NCBI GenBank assembly: GCA_963682135.1 | Contig: OY821645.1 | Location: 1,888,001-1,952,000, forward strand | Reading direction: 5' to 3' | Origin: Methanothrix sp. | Lineage (GTDB): Archaea > Halobacteriota > Methanosarcinia > Methanotrichales > Methanotrichaceae | DNA: 64,000 nt | Part shown: positions 40,724 to 50,381 of the stretch, piece by piece | Layout of the letters: the number at the start of each line of letters is the position of its first letter | Position numbering within the stretch: the first letter of the stretch is position 1 | Program-made: the position numbers and the translations under genes | The notes under the pieces: generated by a model | What the model was told of the DNA's origin: nothing | Database searches by the model: none | The model's input: the letters and a program-made list of their open reading frames with translations, nothing else

Positions 40724-41227
40724 CCAGTGCTCCCGAGCGACGATCTCATCCAGGTTTTTGCGGGGGCGGGGCTCGGGCTCCTCTGCCGGGTAGCCCAGGG
40801 GCAGCAGGGCCACGACCCTAATTTCCTGGGGCACCCCAAGGATCTCTTTGACCTGGTCCTCGTAGAAGGCGCCGATCCAGCAGGTGCCCAGATCTAGCGC
40901 TGCCGCAGCGAGCGTCATGTGATCCAGGGCGATGGCCACATCGATTGGATAGGTCGGCTGGCCGCAGGTCATGACCAGATCCGAGGTTCCGCAAGCGGCG
41001 ATGACCACGGGAGCCTGGCCCACGAATTGCTGATCTCTGGCGGCCCTGGCCAGCTTTTGGCGCGTGGCAGCATCCTTCACCACTATGAACTTCCAGTCCT
41101 GCATATTCCGGGCGGACGGCGCAAGCCCGCCTGCTTGCAGAACCGCCTGGAGCTTCTCCTCTTCTACCGGTCTATCCTGATAGTCTCTAATGCTGCGTCT
41201 GGCACGTATGGCCTGCATCAGGTCCAT
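40721..41227 (-). CDS. Nitroreductase family protein
   Basis: RRSIRDY, APSARNMQDW, LGTCWIG, LPLGYP. Confidence 0.92.
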   Translation of the reverse strand: MDLMQAIRARRSIRDYQDRPVEEEKLQAVLQAGGLAPSARNMQDWKFIVVKDAATRQKLARAARDQQFVGQAPVVIAACGTSDLVMTCGQPTYPIDVAIALDHMTLAAAALDLGTCWIGAFYEDQVKEILGVPQEIRVVALLPLGYPAEEPEPRPRKNLDEIVAREHW

Positions 41228-41234
41228 GGTCAGA

Positions 41235-41489
41235 TCAGCCCCTCTTCTTCATCTCTCTCTCGATCTCCTGGCCGGCCTCGGTCAGGCACCAGGTGCCGTC
41301 ATTCTCGAAGACCAGGCTTCTCTCTGCCATATCGGCCAGGATCTTTTTGACGGAAGGCGCGGGAATGCGCTCAAACTTGGCAACCTTTTCCGCAGATAGC
41401 TTGCCCTTGGAGCCCAGAACCTGGACAACCCTCTCGCGATGCTTGTTTCCCATGATGAATCCCATGTTGCTGGATAAGTCTTCTGGCAT
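41235..41489 (-). CDS. Small winged-helix protein
   Basis: HRERVVQVL...SVKKILADMAERSLV...WCLTEAG. Confidence 0.75.
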   Translation of the reverse strand: MPEDLSSNMGFIMGNKHRERVVQVLGSKGKLSAEKVAKFERIPAPSVKKILADMAERSLVFENDGTWCLTEAGQEIEREMKKRG

Positions 41490-41547
41490 ATTTTATTACC
41501 TCTTTTTCGGCGTTAGCTTTATTAGCTGTTCACCTCAATGTTAAAAG

Positions 41548-41862
41548 TGGCGGGCAGTCCGGGTGGTTCGGCGTCACCTGTAACCCGAAATCGTCGATAA
41601 GCGGGGGGCGAAGCTGACGGAAGACTCTGGGCGCTGTGTGCTCAGTCCAGTTGCCGACTATGATTCTCCGTCCTGCAGGGATGGCACCGGTCCATGGGTT
41701 TTCCTGACGGAAGGCCTGTGTACCATAATTGCGGGAACAGGTTCAGGCCCGGAAGGGAGCAGACCCACCGCGGGTAACTATCGCTTACAGGTATATGGGG
41801 AGGAGAAGGCTTCGGGATTAACTGGCATGCAGTCCCGGTGGCAACCGGCGGCGCGCCTGCCA
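41548..41862 (+). ncRNA. ffs: Archaeal signal recognition particle (7S) RNA
   Basis: Terminal helix tggcgggc/gcctgcca; Alu-like 5' domain (ggcgtcacctgtaacccgaaatcg); helix 8 CAGGCCCGGAAGGGAGCAG; about 315 nt. Confidence 0.92.
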
Positions 41863-41868
41863 TTTAAC
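41840..41868 (+). repeat. attL: SRP RNA 3' end, first copy of the 29-bp direct repeat
   Basis: ggcaaccggcggcgcgcctgccatttaac. Confidence 0.8.
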
Positions 41869-41895
41869 ACTAATAAGATCGCTTGTTAACCTTAA

Positions 41896-42206
41896 TGGAC
41901 CTGATAAGGGACAGAGATGAACCTTATCGCTGAGGTGGCCCCATAGAGAAGCTTCTTTTAACGATGGTAGCAGCTTACGTTGAGTTTGAGCGGTCTCTGA
42001 TTACATCCTCCCGCCTTTCCAGTGGAAGCAAGACTAAGGCACGCCATGGAGGTTATGCAGGTTAGCAAGGCACCCATAGGTTACAAGACAGAGAGCCACA
42101 AGGCTCTTACGTTGGATAAAGCGAAAGCAGGCACTGCGGAAGGCAACACCGTAAAGAATGCAAGCAGTTTCACCCTATGCAAGTTAAGAGGATCTTGGAT
42201 AGGTGA
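41896..42206 (+). pseudogene. Serine recombinase relic (resolvase helix E plus recombinase domain pieces)
   Basis: PIEKLLLTMVAAYVEFERSLITSSRLSSGSKTKARHGGYAG, then across frameshifts KAPIGYK and QFHPMQVKRILDR; catalytic N-terminus missing. Confidence 0.75.
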
Positions 42207-42282
42207 ACTGTCTAAAAGCGGCTGCAATTTATACTGTGATCGAAGCTACAGGAAATTACCCGTACATATTATAAGTTAACGA

Positions 42283-43038
42283 CTAAACTGCGCAAGTTTT
42301 AGCGGCAAAACGTGGCTCCATTATATACTGGACAAGAATCCTGACATATTCATTAGTAGCAAACCGAGTTGGGACAAAGTCTCCTGCCACAAGCTCTGAC
42401 GAAGTATCTGGATGCAGAAGCCCCTTACCTTGTAAACTAATACATATTTGTTGAGCATGCGCAAGATCGATATTCAAAGCCCTGGCGATTTCGGATATAT
42501 CTACAAATGGAGGACTATCTAGTGAATACTTGTCATAAACGATTTTAAGCACAGTTATCTCCTCAAGCCTCATAGATGCTATTAAGTCCATTATATATTC
42601 TTCTTCTTCAAGGTTATGGATTGGTCTTATCACACTATTAGTCCAAATATTGCAGAAAATTTCGATTTTCTTTTTCTGAAGTGTTCTCATTGAATGCTCA
42701 AGATACATGAATAATTGTATCTTTATGTATTCCTCAGAACATTGATCCAGAAAACATTTGATCATTGAATTATGGTCTCGTAATACAATTATAATCCTGG
42801 CCAGAGCATCCTCAATATTATCACGTTCACGTCTTGAATTGAAAGCATTTAAGCCAGTTAAAATAGACGCTGATAGGGGTTCTATTAATGATAATATCGG
42901 CAGAAATTCATCGGGTACAATTTGTCCAAGTTTGCAGAGACTATTCTCAATCATAGACCCTGAATTGTTCTCTCTTAATAATTTTTTTATATCATTGATA
43001 TCCTCCGGCGACGCAGTAAATAAGATATCATTACCCAT
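42283..43038 (-). CDS. AT-rich protein resembling Abi-alpha/DUF4393 (helical plus C-terminal winged helix)
   Basis: KKIEIFCNIWTNSV...EEYIMDLIASMRLEEITVL...CISLQGKGLL; family assignment is by pattern only. Confidence 0.55.
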   Translation of the reverse strand: MGNDILFTASPEDINDIKKLLRENNSGSMIENSLCKLGQIVPDEFLPILSLIEPLSASILTGLNAFNSRRERDNIEDALARIIIVLRDHNSMIKCFLDQCSEEYIKIQLFMYLEHSMRTLQKKKIEIFCNIWTNSVIRPIHNLEEEEYIMDLIASMRLEEITVLKIVYDKYSLDSPPFVDISEIARALNIDLAHAQQICISLQGKGLLHPDTSSELVAGDFVPTRFATNEYVRILVQYIMEPRFAAKTCAV

Positions 43039-43084
43039 GAAATGGAAATACTATGCTTAATATAAATAATTTTGCATTCACAGA

Positions 43085-43376
43085 ATGTCTGAAGGAAACA
43101 GGCATGAGAAAAGTGGCTAGGATAGATACCTGACCATCTTTTGAGAAGGGGTTTATAGAGATAGTGGACGGTTTCGCCCAGGAGTTCGGGCTGCAGAGGA
43201 GCGAGCTGCCGGGAAAGGCGGGGCTGGCGAAAGGCTGCTACGAGAAAGCAAAGAGCATCTCGCCTGCGAGGTGCGCTCGCCCAGGCACGCGGATCAGCAG
43301 CTTCAATTCCAAAGGGTGGCTGGAGCCGATACGGGCCATTTGCCGCGTGATGCGAACGAAGTCCCTGCGAGAATGA
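43085..43376 (+). pseudogene. 3' fragment of a DUF1638-like gene
   Basis: GMRKVARIDT...FAQEFGLQRSELPG...IRAICRVMRTKSL parallels the end of ORF 57148-58080. Confidence 0.8.
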
Positions 43377-43421
43377 AGCGAGGCAAGGATTAAATCCTTT
43401 TAAGGATCTATTAAATGCTAC

Positions 43422-43676
43422 ATGTTCTCCGAATACATCCAGGCAGCTTTAATGCAGGCAGAGTACGACACCCTGGAAGATGGTTCCTATGTGGCCACAG
43501 TTCCGGGACTTCAGGGTGTGATTGCCGTGGGAGAGACTCTTGAAGAATGTCGCATGGACCTTATTGAAGTCATTGAGGAATGGATCGTAGCTCGCCTGCA
43601 ATGGGGCTATTCCGTCCCGCCCATTGGTGGCCAAATAATAGCGTCCTCAAAGGAGCCTATTGCCGTTGTCGACTAA
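43422..43676 (+). CDS. hicB: HicB-family antitoxin
   Basis: YDTLEDGSYVATVPGLQGVIAVGETLEEC..L.EVIEEWI. Confidence 0.88.
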   Translation: MFSEYIQAALMQAEYDTLEDGSYVATVPGLQGVIAVGETLEECRMDLIEVIEEWIVARLQWGYSVPPIGGQIIASSKEPIAVVD

Positions 43677-43896
43677 GCTCATACCTATCACTCGGCGCGA
43701 ACTTATCAAGAAATTAACGATATTCGGATTTACAGGGCCGTATCCGGGAACGAAACATCAACATATGGTAAAGGATGGCGTCTTTGTGATGATCCCCAAT
43801 CCTCATCATAGTGAAAAGATTAGCGTTAAGCTGCAATTGATCATTCTGAAAGAAACGGGGATCAGCAGAGAGGAATGGCTTTCCGCTGTCCGATAG
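43660..43896 (+). CDS. hicA: HicA-family mRNA interferase toxin
   Basis: RRELIKKL..FGF.GP..GTKHQHMVK....IPNPH...ILKETGISREEW. Confidence 0.88.
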   Translation: MPLSTKLIPITRRELIKKLTIFGFTGPYPGTKHQHMVKDGVFVMIPNPHHSEKISVKLQLIILKETGISREEWLSAVR

Positions 43897-43993
43897 CCGT
43901 CTTGGTTTCTGTCCAAACACCATCAATATCCTGCACGTGCACGGTCCAGCATCCTTGCGCTACCGCTTTGCTTTGCAGGCTTTCCGATAACAT
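43862..43993 (-). pseudogene. Degenerate inverted HicB-like fragment
   Basis: MLSESLQ...GCWTVHVQDIDGVWTETKT resembles the HicB N-terminus. Confidence 0.4.
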
Positions 43994-44073
43994 TCACCCA
44001 GCGCCGCCACGCGGGCGGACCCACACGACCCTGGCCCGACCGGGTGCTCACGGACGGGCAGGCGCGCCCGTAC

Positions 44074-44335
44074 CGTGACCTGCGGGCGATGCTGAAAGCA
44101 AGCGGCATGAAAAGGGTTTGCCCGAATATACACCGGAGTGTTCTTTGAGCCGGATTTCGAGGGGAAGGTGGCCGACTTCGCCCGAGATTTCGCTCTGCAG
44201 AGGATCGAGCTGCCGGGAAAACAGATCTTGGGAAAAGCAGCTACGAGAGAGCAAAGAGCTGCGTGCTGGCGACAGCCCGGACCGGGAGCGCCCGCCAAGG
44301 GACGCGAATCAGCAGCTTTAAAGCTCGAGGTATCC
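44074..44335 (+). pseudogene. Second 3' fragment of a DUF1638-like gene
   Basis: RDLRAMLKASGMKRV...FEPDFEGKVADFARDFALQRIELPG matches 57765-57990. Confidence 0.8.
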
Positions 44336-44408
44336 GTGGCCTTCCACGCTCCGATGTAATAAGAATAAGGGATAGGCAGCCTTGGGAGACTGCCCGAACC
44401 CCAAGGTT

Positions 44409-47033
44409 TCAGTCGTTAGCGACCGTCATTACTACCTTTTCCAGGTCTCCGTTGTACTTGAACGGACTCTGGTAGTCATCGGTCACAGGTGTCTGTGGAT
44501 CTTTTCCAACCTCCAATCCTTCATCGAAGGAGTAGCGGCCTGGTACGGTGTAGGGCATAACCACGCGCCCTTCCTCTTTGTCGTTGATGAAGAGAGTGCC
44601 TTCACCCTTCCACCTTCCTGTCTTCTTGAAGGCAAAGCCCAATGTGGCCTTTCCTTCAGGAACCTCATCCTTCGAAGTAATGGTGTAATGCTTCAGATCG
44701 AAGAGGTTGTAGTCGAAGATCAGGTGCTTATCCTTGACGTAGAGCGACAACCCTGCGAACCTGCCTCCTATGGAGAAGAGAACGCCTTCGTTACCGTTCT
44801 TGGAGGTGTTCACATATGCGTTCAAGGTGTAGGAGCTGTTGCGCGTGTCTGGGATAGCCGGCTCCATGATCTTTTCCACTCCGGGCAAATAGGTGAAGGT
44901 CGATATTTCTCTCGCCTGGAGAGCTGCGTACCTGGAATAGGCACGGTCATCCAAGGGCAATACGTTGTACTTGCTGGCCTCGGCCCACCAGCGATCTTGC
45001 ATCTCTTTCAACTTGGCAGGATACTGGGCTGCCAGGTTGTGAGCCTCAGAGACATCATTGGTGAGGTTGTAAAGCTCCCATGTGTCGTTTTCGAAGTCTG
45101 GGCCAGAGTCCAGATGGTGGAACGCCACAGCCTTCCAGCCATTGTACCATATGGCGCGGGTCCCCATCATCTCGAAGTACTGGACCTTCTTTTGGGTAGG
45201 TTCTGTGGGATTTGCAAATGTATAGGCCAGGCTGGTTCCTTCGATAGGCTTCTGGGTGACTCCGCTGTAAACCTCAGGAGCATCGAAGTTCAAGACCTCC
45301 AGAACGGTTGGAACTATATCGATAACGTGACAGAACTGCGACCGGATACTGCCTGAGTCCTTTATGCCGTCCGGCCAGTAGATGATCATTGGGTCGTGTG
45401 TTCCGCCTTCATGGCTGGTCCATTTGTAGAGCTTGTTGGGGGTGTTGTCGGCCATAGCCCATCCCAAAGGATATGTGGGGTAGGACATGGGTCCGCCGAT
45501 CTCATCGATCCTGGCGAGCATTGTGCTCATGTTGTTTATAGCTGGAATGGGCAGGAATTTATCCTGGAATCCGGACGAATCCCCGCCTTCGGACACAAAG
45601 TTTGCCCACATGACCATGTTGGTGTAACCATTAGCGTCGCCCTCTGGAGATGCGCCATTATCCGATATCACCACGATCATGGTGTTATTGAGCTGGCCGC
45701 TGTCTTCCAGGTAATCCAGGAACCTTCCAATCTGCTCATCAGTGTAATCGATGTACGCAGCGTGAACCTCTGCAAACCTTGCATAAACCTTCTTCTCGTC
45801 TGCGGTTAGGTTGTCCCACGCTTTTACCCACTGGTCACGTGGCGGCAGATCAGTGTCCTCAGGTACGACTCCCAATTCCTTCTCTTTAGCCAGAGTCTGG
45901 TTCCTCATAGCGTCCCAGCCCATATCGAATTTGCCTTTGTATTTATCGATGTAGGCCTGGGGGACATGGTGGGGCCAATGTCCAGCGCCAAAAGCCAGGT
46001 ACAGGAAGAAGGGCTTATCCGGCTGCAGAGATTTGCCGTCGCTTATGTACTGTATAGACTGGTTCACCAGATCCTTGGATAGGTGGTAACCCTGCTCAGG
46101 AGTGGCTGGCGGGCTTATGCGGGTAGTGCCGGAAACCAGGTCAGGATACCACTGGCTGGTGTGGGACTCCAGGAATCCATAGAACCTCTCGAATCCTCTG
46201 CCCATGGGCCACTGGTCATAAGGCCCAGCAGCGTTGATAGTGCCGGAAGGTGCCAGGTGCCATTTGCCTACACAATAGGTATCGTACCCTTGCTTTACCA
46301 GCATCTCAGGCATGGTGGCTGCCTCTTTAGAGAGGTAAGTCGTATATCCTGGGTAGCCTGATGCGAATTCCATGAGGGAACCGACACCTACAGAATGAAG
46401 GTTCCTGCCAGTGAGCATACAGGCGCGGGTCGGAGAACAGATACCGGTAGTGTGGAAGTTGGTGTACTTAAGTCCTCCTTGAGCCAATCGATCTATATTT
46501 GGAGTACTGACCGGGCCGCCGAAACATTCCAGGCTGCCATATCCAATATCATCGAGCACCAAGAAAACCACGTTGGGCGATCCCTTTGGAGCCACTGCGG
46601 TTTCAAAAGGACATGGAGTTGAGTCTGCATAAGTCAGGCCAATCTGAGGTACGCATTTCTTGGTGGCCTCGGTTCCGCTCTGAGATGATGTAGGAGCGGA
46701 TTCGTTATTTGCAGAATGGATTACCAGAACGGTCTCTTTTTTGGGCGATACTATATCTTCGTTGGCCAGATCTGCCAGAGTCGAACTCTCAGATAAGGCC
46801 TTTCTTCTGTTCGTAACCATTTCCAGGCCAGAATTTTCTATCAATCCGGTGCCGGAACTGCCCTTGGCATCGGCGGCCAATGTCTGGCTGACTTGTTGGC
46901 TGTCTGAAGTCGCAAGAGCATCTGATGCTTTCGCAGAATTACTGTTCTCTGCGGAAAAGCTATCAGAGGCTATTATCGAAAATAAAAAAATCAGAGAAGC
47001 CATTATTATAGTGGCTTGTTTTAAAATTTGCAT
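44409..47033 (-). CDS. Secreted arylsulfatase (Cys-type formylglycine enzyme)
   Basis: Signal peptide; PNVVFLVLDD.GY, CSPTRACMLTGR (CxPxR), GKWHL, HWPH, SDNG, WELYNL..D.SE; AGGAGG RBS. Confidence 0.92.
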   Translation of the reverse strand: MQILKQATIIMASLIFLFSIIASDSFSAENSNSAKASDALATSDSQQVSQTLAADAKGSSGTGLIENSGLEMVTNRRKALSESSTLADLANEDIVSPKKETVLVIHSANNESAPTSSQSGTEATKKCVPQIGLTYADSTPCPFETAVAPKGSPNVVFLVLDDIGYGSLECFGGPVSTPNIDRLAQGGLKYTNFHTTGICSPTRACMLTGRNLHSVGVGSLMEFASGYPGYTTYLSKEAATMPEMLVKQGYDTYCVGKWHLAPSGTINAAGPYDQWPMGRGFERFYGFLESHTSQWYPDLVSGTTRISPPATPEQGYHLSKDLVNQSIQYISDGKSLQPDKPFFLYLAFGAGHWPHHVPQAYIDKYKGKFDMGWDAMRNQTLAKEKELGVVPEDTDLPPRDQWVKAWDNLTADEKKVYARFAEVHAAYIDYTDEQIGRFLDYLEDSGQLNNTMIVVISDNGASPEGDANGYTNMVMWANFVSEGGDSSGFQDKFLPIPAINNMSTMLARIDEIGGPMSYPTYPLGWAMADNTPNKLYKWTSHEGGTHDPMIIYWPDGIKDSGSIRSQFCHVIDIVPTVLEVLNFDAPEVYSGVTQKPIEGTSLAYTFANPTEPTQKKVQYFEMMGTRAIWYNGWKAVAFHHLDSGPDFENDTWELYNLTNDVSEAHNLAAQYPAKLKEMQDRWWAEASKYNVLPLDDRAYSRYAALQAREISTFTYLPGVEKIMEPAIPDTRNSSYTLNAYVNTSKNGNEGVLFSIGGRFAGLSLYVKDKHLIFDYNLFDLKHYTITSKDEVPEGKATLGFAFKKTGRWKGEGTLFINDKEEGRVVMPYTVPGRYSFDEGLEVGKDPQTPVTDDYQSPFKYNGDLEKVVMTVAND

Positions 47034-47262
47034 CCCTCCTTTTATAGTACATATCAAATATCATATATCAATTTAATCTACATTCCAAGCTTTATCTTGC
47101 AGCTTGGGCTTGAAAAAAGCTCTATTCTCGGAAACTAAAAAATAATAGAATCTCGAACGATTGTGAAAGGTGTATGGAAAGGCTGGCTTTGATCAATTGC
47201 TATATTCTGATCGCGCGAAGGCATGATGACCCGAAGGCTTTTGATCGAATAAACCAACAACA

Positions 47263-48195
47263 TTGGATATGAAGAATTGGGATATGCTATTGGCTGCAAT
47301 TTTGCTGTTGAGTGCAATTGTTTTCGGCACTCAATCGGTTTTGGCAGAAGAATCCGGTATGGCAAGTGCATCAATAAGTGACTCACTTAACGAGACAGAA
47401 CTCGTCTCCTTTGTCGAGTCCGCTGTGGGCTATGCGCATGGACATAGCAAAGACATGGCACTAAAGGAATTTAGCAATAAGACTGGCTCGTTTATCAATG
47501 GTGAGCTTTACATATTTGCATACGATTTCAATGGAACTTGCATTGAACATCCTTTTAAGACCGATTGGATAGGCGAGAACAAGCTGAACGAATCGGACTC
47601 CAACGGCGTTTTGTACGTAAGGGAGGGGATCAATGCCGCAAAAGAAGGAACTGGATTTCACTACCTGATCTTCCCCAATCCTGCTCACGATAATCGGAGT
47701 GAACTTAAAATCGCTTATGTGATGAAAGTAGATGATAGCTGGTTCTTAGGCTCCGGGATATACCTCTCCAACATATCTGCTTCTTTCGATAATGAGGCGA
47801 GAGATGAGCTTGTAGCCTATGTGAATGAAGCATTGCAGTTTGCGAAAAAGAATAGCAAGGAAAAGTCTCTGTCGGTTTTCAACGATTTAAACGGGACTTT
47901 TACAATAGATGGACGTTATATATTTGCCCGTGACCATAATGGACGGAGTTTAGCCCTTCCTTACCAGCCTGAGATTGTCGGTACAATCGGAATCGATAAT
48001 CAAGATCCAAATGGAGTCTATTTAATCCGCCGGCTCATCGATGTTGCCAAAAGAGGGAATGGTTTCACATATTACATCTATCCCGATCCAACCAGAAACA
48101 TGAATGAGACGCTAAAACTTAGTTATGTGGTGGACGTAGAAGGCACCTGGTTCCTGGGTTCTGGGATCTACGCTAATGATGAGCAAGCAAGCTGA
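47263..48195 (+). CDS. Secreted protein made of two Cache domains only
   Basis: Signal peptide; duplicated YIFAYD.NG...HP...D.NGV...K.SYV..VD..WFLGSGIY. Confidence 0.85.
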   Translation: MDMKNWDMLLAAILLLSAIVFGTQSVLAEESGMASASISDSLNETELVSFVESAVGYAHGHSKDMALKEFSNKTGSFINGELYIFAYDFNGTCIEHPFKTDWIGENKLNESDSNGVLYVREGINAAKEGTGFHYLIFPNPAHDNRSELKIAYVMKVDDSWFLGSGIYLSNISASFDNEARDELVAYVNEALQFAKKNSKEKSLSVFNDLNGTFTIDGRYIFARDHNGRSLALPYQPEIVGTIGIDNQDPNGVYLIRRLIDVAKRGNGFTYYIYPDPTRNMNETLKLSYVVDVEGTWFLGSGIYANDEQAS

Positions 48196-48532
48196 TTGAG
48201 TTTGGGGTGAATATTAGGATTATTCCGGCAAGTATGGAGTGATGATCCATGAATACTGAGAAAAATCCTGTAAATGTGGTATTCAGCATTGCGTCGGCTG
48301 CGGTGATTGCAGCAATTCTATTTCTCTGCTCAATTCCTGCTTTCGGCCAGGCGGTACCTAATGGCAGTCAGTCTGCTGCACAATCCGGGGCAGATATGCT
48401 CTTTAAGCTACTCCGGTTTCAGTCTGATGTGCAGGGTAACCTGAATAATCTGGATTTGGATGTATCAAATGCATCTCAAAACTCTTATGTTTAGCAAACA
48501 GTTGGACTGCACCCCTGATAGTAGACAGTTAG

Positions 48533-49408
48533 TTAAGCAACAGTATTTAAAGCAAACTCCATTTCGAACCGTTCTGGAGATTTATAGTTCAAAGCTGAAT
48601 GAAGCCTCTTTTGGTTGTACACCTTCTCAATAAAACGCCATATGTTTTTGTAGGCATCTCCAAATGTCTCGTATTCGTTTAGGTATACCTCCTCGACCTT
48701 TAGGGTTTTGATAAAGCTCTCAGCAAACGCATTGTCGTATGGATTTCCTTTTCTGGACATGCTAATCAGGATTTTGTGCTCTTTGAGACAATCTACATAA
48801 TCATGGGATGCGTACTGAACTCCCTGATCCGAATGATGAACAAGTCCTTGAGTATACTCCGACCAGCGATTTTTTATTGCCTTGTCCTGAGCATTCATGG
48901 CCAGTTTGCTGTCTATGTTTCTGCTCAACTCCCAGCCAATGCACTTCCTGCTGTAGAGATCCAAGACCACCGCGAGATAGATGTTCTCATGCAGCAACTG
49001 AATGTATGTGATATCTGAAGCCCAAACCTGATTCAGTCCAGTTATCTTGATGCTCTTCAAAAGATTTGGATATACAGGCAGTCCATGACTGGAATCGGTT
49101 GTCATCGGCTTGAATTTCTTCTTCAGGCATAGAAGGTTGTCCTGTCGCATCAGTCTCAACACGCGTTTATGGTTAACTGCATAACCACGATTCTGGAGTT
49201 CAGCCGTAATCCTCCTATAACCATAGCTCGGAAATTCCAGGGCAATTTCCTGAAACTGGTTCTTCAAATCCATATCCTCAGAGTCGGCTGCGGCTATTTC
49301 CGGCTGAGTCCGCCATTTGTAGTAACCACTGCGACTTACTTCTAGTGCCTGGCAGGATTGAGATATTGATAACAAAAAGCCGTCTGAGCGGTTTTCCTGG
49401 ATGGTCAT
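48533..49408 (-). CDS. IS3 OrfB (rve/DDE integrase domain)
   Basis: YGYRRI, VWASDITYI, HHSDQGVQY, GNPYDNAFAESF..LK.E. Confidence 0.93.
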   Translation of the reverse strand: MTIQENRSDGFLLSISQSCQALEVSRSGYYKWRTQPEIAAADSEDMDLKNQFQEIALEFPSYGYRRITAELQNRGYAVNHKRVLRLMRQDNLLCLKKKFKPMTTDSSHGLPVYPNLLKSIKITGLNQVWASDITYIQLLHENIYLAVVLDLYSRKCIGWELSRNIDSKLAMNAQDKAIKNRWSEYTQGLVHHSDQGVQYASHDYVDCLKEHKILISMSRKGNPYDNAFAESFIKTLKVEEVYLNEYETFGDAYKNIWRFIEKVYNQKRLHSALNYKSPERFEMEFALNTVA

Positions 49409-49734
49409 AAATCGTCCCTCCGCGTCGGTTTTATTCTTTCTTCCCGGACCTTTTTTTGAGTCATGGCGAAGGCTTTTTTTAAAAGATCGATTTCGGCATG
49501 GGCTTGGCCGAGCAGTCTCTCCAGTTCCGCGATCCTCGCCTCGTCTTTGTACCTATTTCCATTCCCGTTGAACGCTTTTTCAGGGTTCTCGGCCAGCTCA
49601 TCTCTCCACCTGGTGGGTAGGGCCGGATGAATGCTATACTCGCGGGCGATCTGTGCCAGAGGTTTACCGCCCTCAAGTTCGGCTACTACTGATATCTTGA
49701 ATTCTCGGTCGTAGCGCCGCCTCGTCTTTTTCAT
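49405..49734 (-). CDS. IS3 OrfA (HTH); -1 frameshift signal A7G at 49450-49457
   Basis: RRYDREFK...AQIAREY; slipping at AAAAAAAG gives a stop-free read into OrfB. Confidence 0.9.
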   Translation of the reverse strand: MKKTRRRYDREFKISVVAELEGGKPLAQIAREYSIHPALPTRWRDELAENPEKAFNGNGNRYKDEARIAELERLLGQAHAEIDLLKKAFAMTQKKVREERIKPTRRDDL

Positions 49735-50228
49735 GTGCTTCCCTCCATGAGTTGATGTTGCTTAACTCATTGTCTACTCTGAGGGGTTCACTCCAAGTTC
49801 CTACTGGTCCAAGGATCTTGATGGACTACTTCTCTATGGCGAGGATGAAAGCCAGATAGTAAAGGACCTATTCGAAGATCCTCTATACAAGCCGTTCACT
49901 GACCTTCAAAAACCGGTGGAGCACAGTATTGTGTCCAAGAGGTCTGGGCATGGGAATTATAGCTATTTCGAGGTCATAGGGGCAATAAAACAGTAGTGAC
50001 CAAGGAATGCTACTGGACAACGACAGGGCTTCATGGTAAGGAATGGAGGCTTGTTATCATCAAGGTGGTGCAATAAGCTCTTCTATTGATTTTTTATATT
50101 TCATGAGATGAGATTAGGGGAGCAACTGTTTATAAAAAGGGTGCTAACGCGGCGAGGATTTGGTGTTCTACTAAGAAAGATTTATACCTAAATAGCCATT
50201 ACTAACTTAAAAAATTGGAGAAATGCAA

Positions 50229-50381
50229 ATGAAAAGCTCCCCAATAGTAGGAATAATAATGGTTTTGGCGATATTATTGCCGTTTTCTTTAGACATCGTT
50301 CACGGAGGGAACGCGAGGAGCGTATTGCCAAATGCAGTTATGCAAGAGTCGAGTTCCGGTGCGTTTTTTGTTTTTGCCTAG
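50229..50381 (+). pseudogene. Truncated secreted-protein start (signal peptide only)
   Basis: GGAGA RBS; MKSSPIVGIIMVLAILLPFSLDIVHG; ends at the GC-rich repeat motif. Confidence 0.4.

Larger units (their letters stand above)
48503..49795 (-). mobile_element. IS3-family insertion sequence
   Basis: TG...CA ends; TIRs tggactgcacccctgatagtagaca and (reverse complement) tggagtgaacccctcagagtagaca; 3-bp target duplication AGT. Confidence 0.92.
48249..50076 (+). pseudogene. Secreted Cache-like protein gene, internally deleted and interrupted by IS3
   Basis: 5' part has a signal peptide (48249-48494); 3' part after the IS reads DGLLLYGEDESQI.KDLFEDPLY...SGHGNYSY...KECYWTT.GLHGKEWRLVII. Confidence 0.7.

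Noticed and set aside
41638-41889. ORFs on both strands over 41.6-41.9 kb
   Set aside because: They lie within the SRP RNA gene.
44382-45356. 324-aa plus-strand ORF
   Set aside because: Antisense shadow of the arylsulfatase with no motifs.
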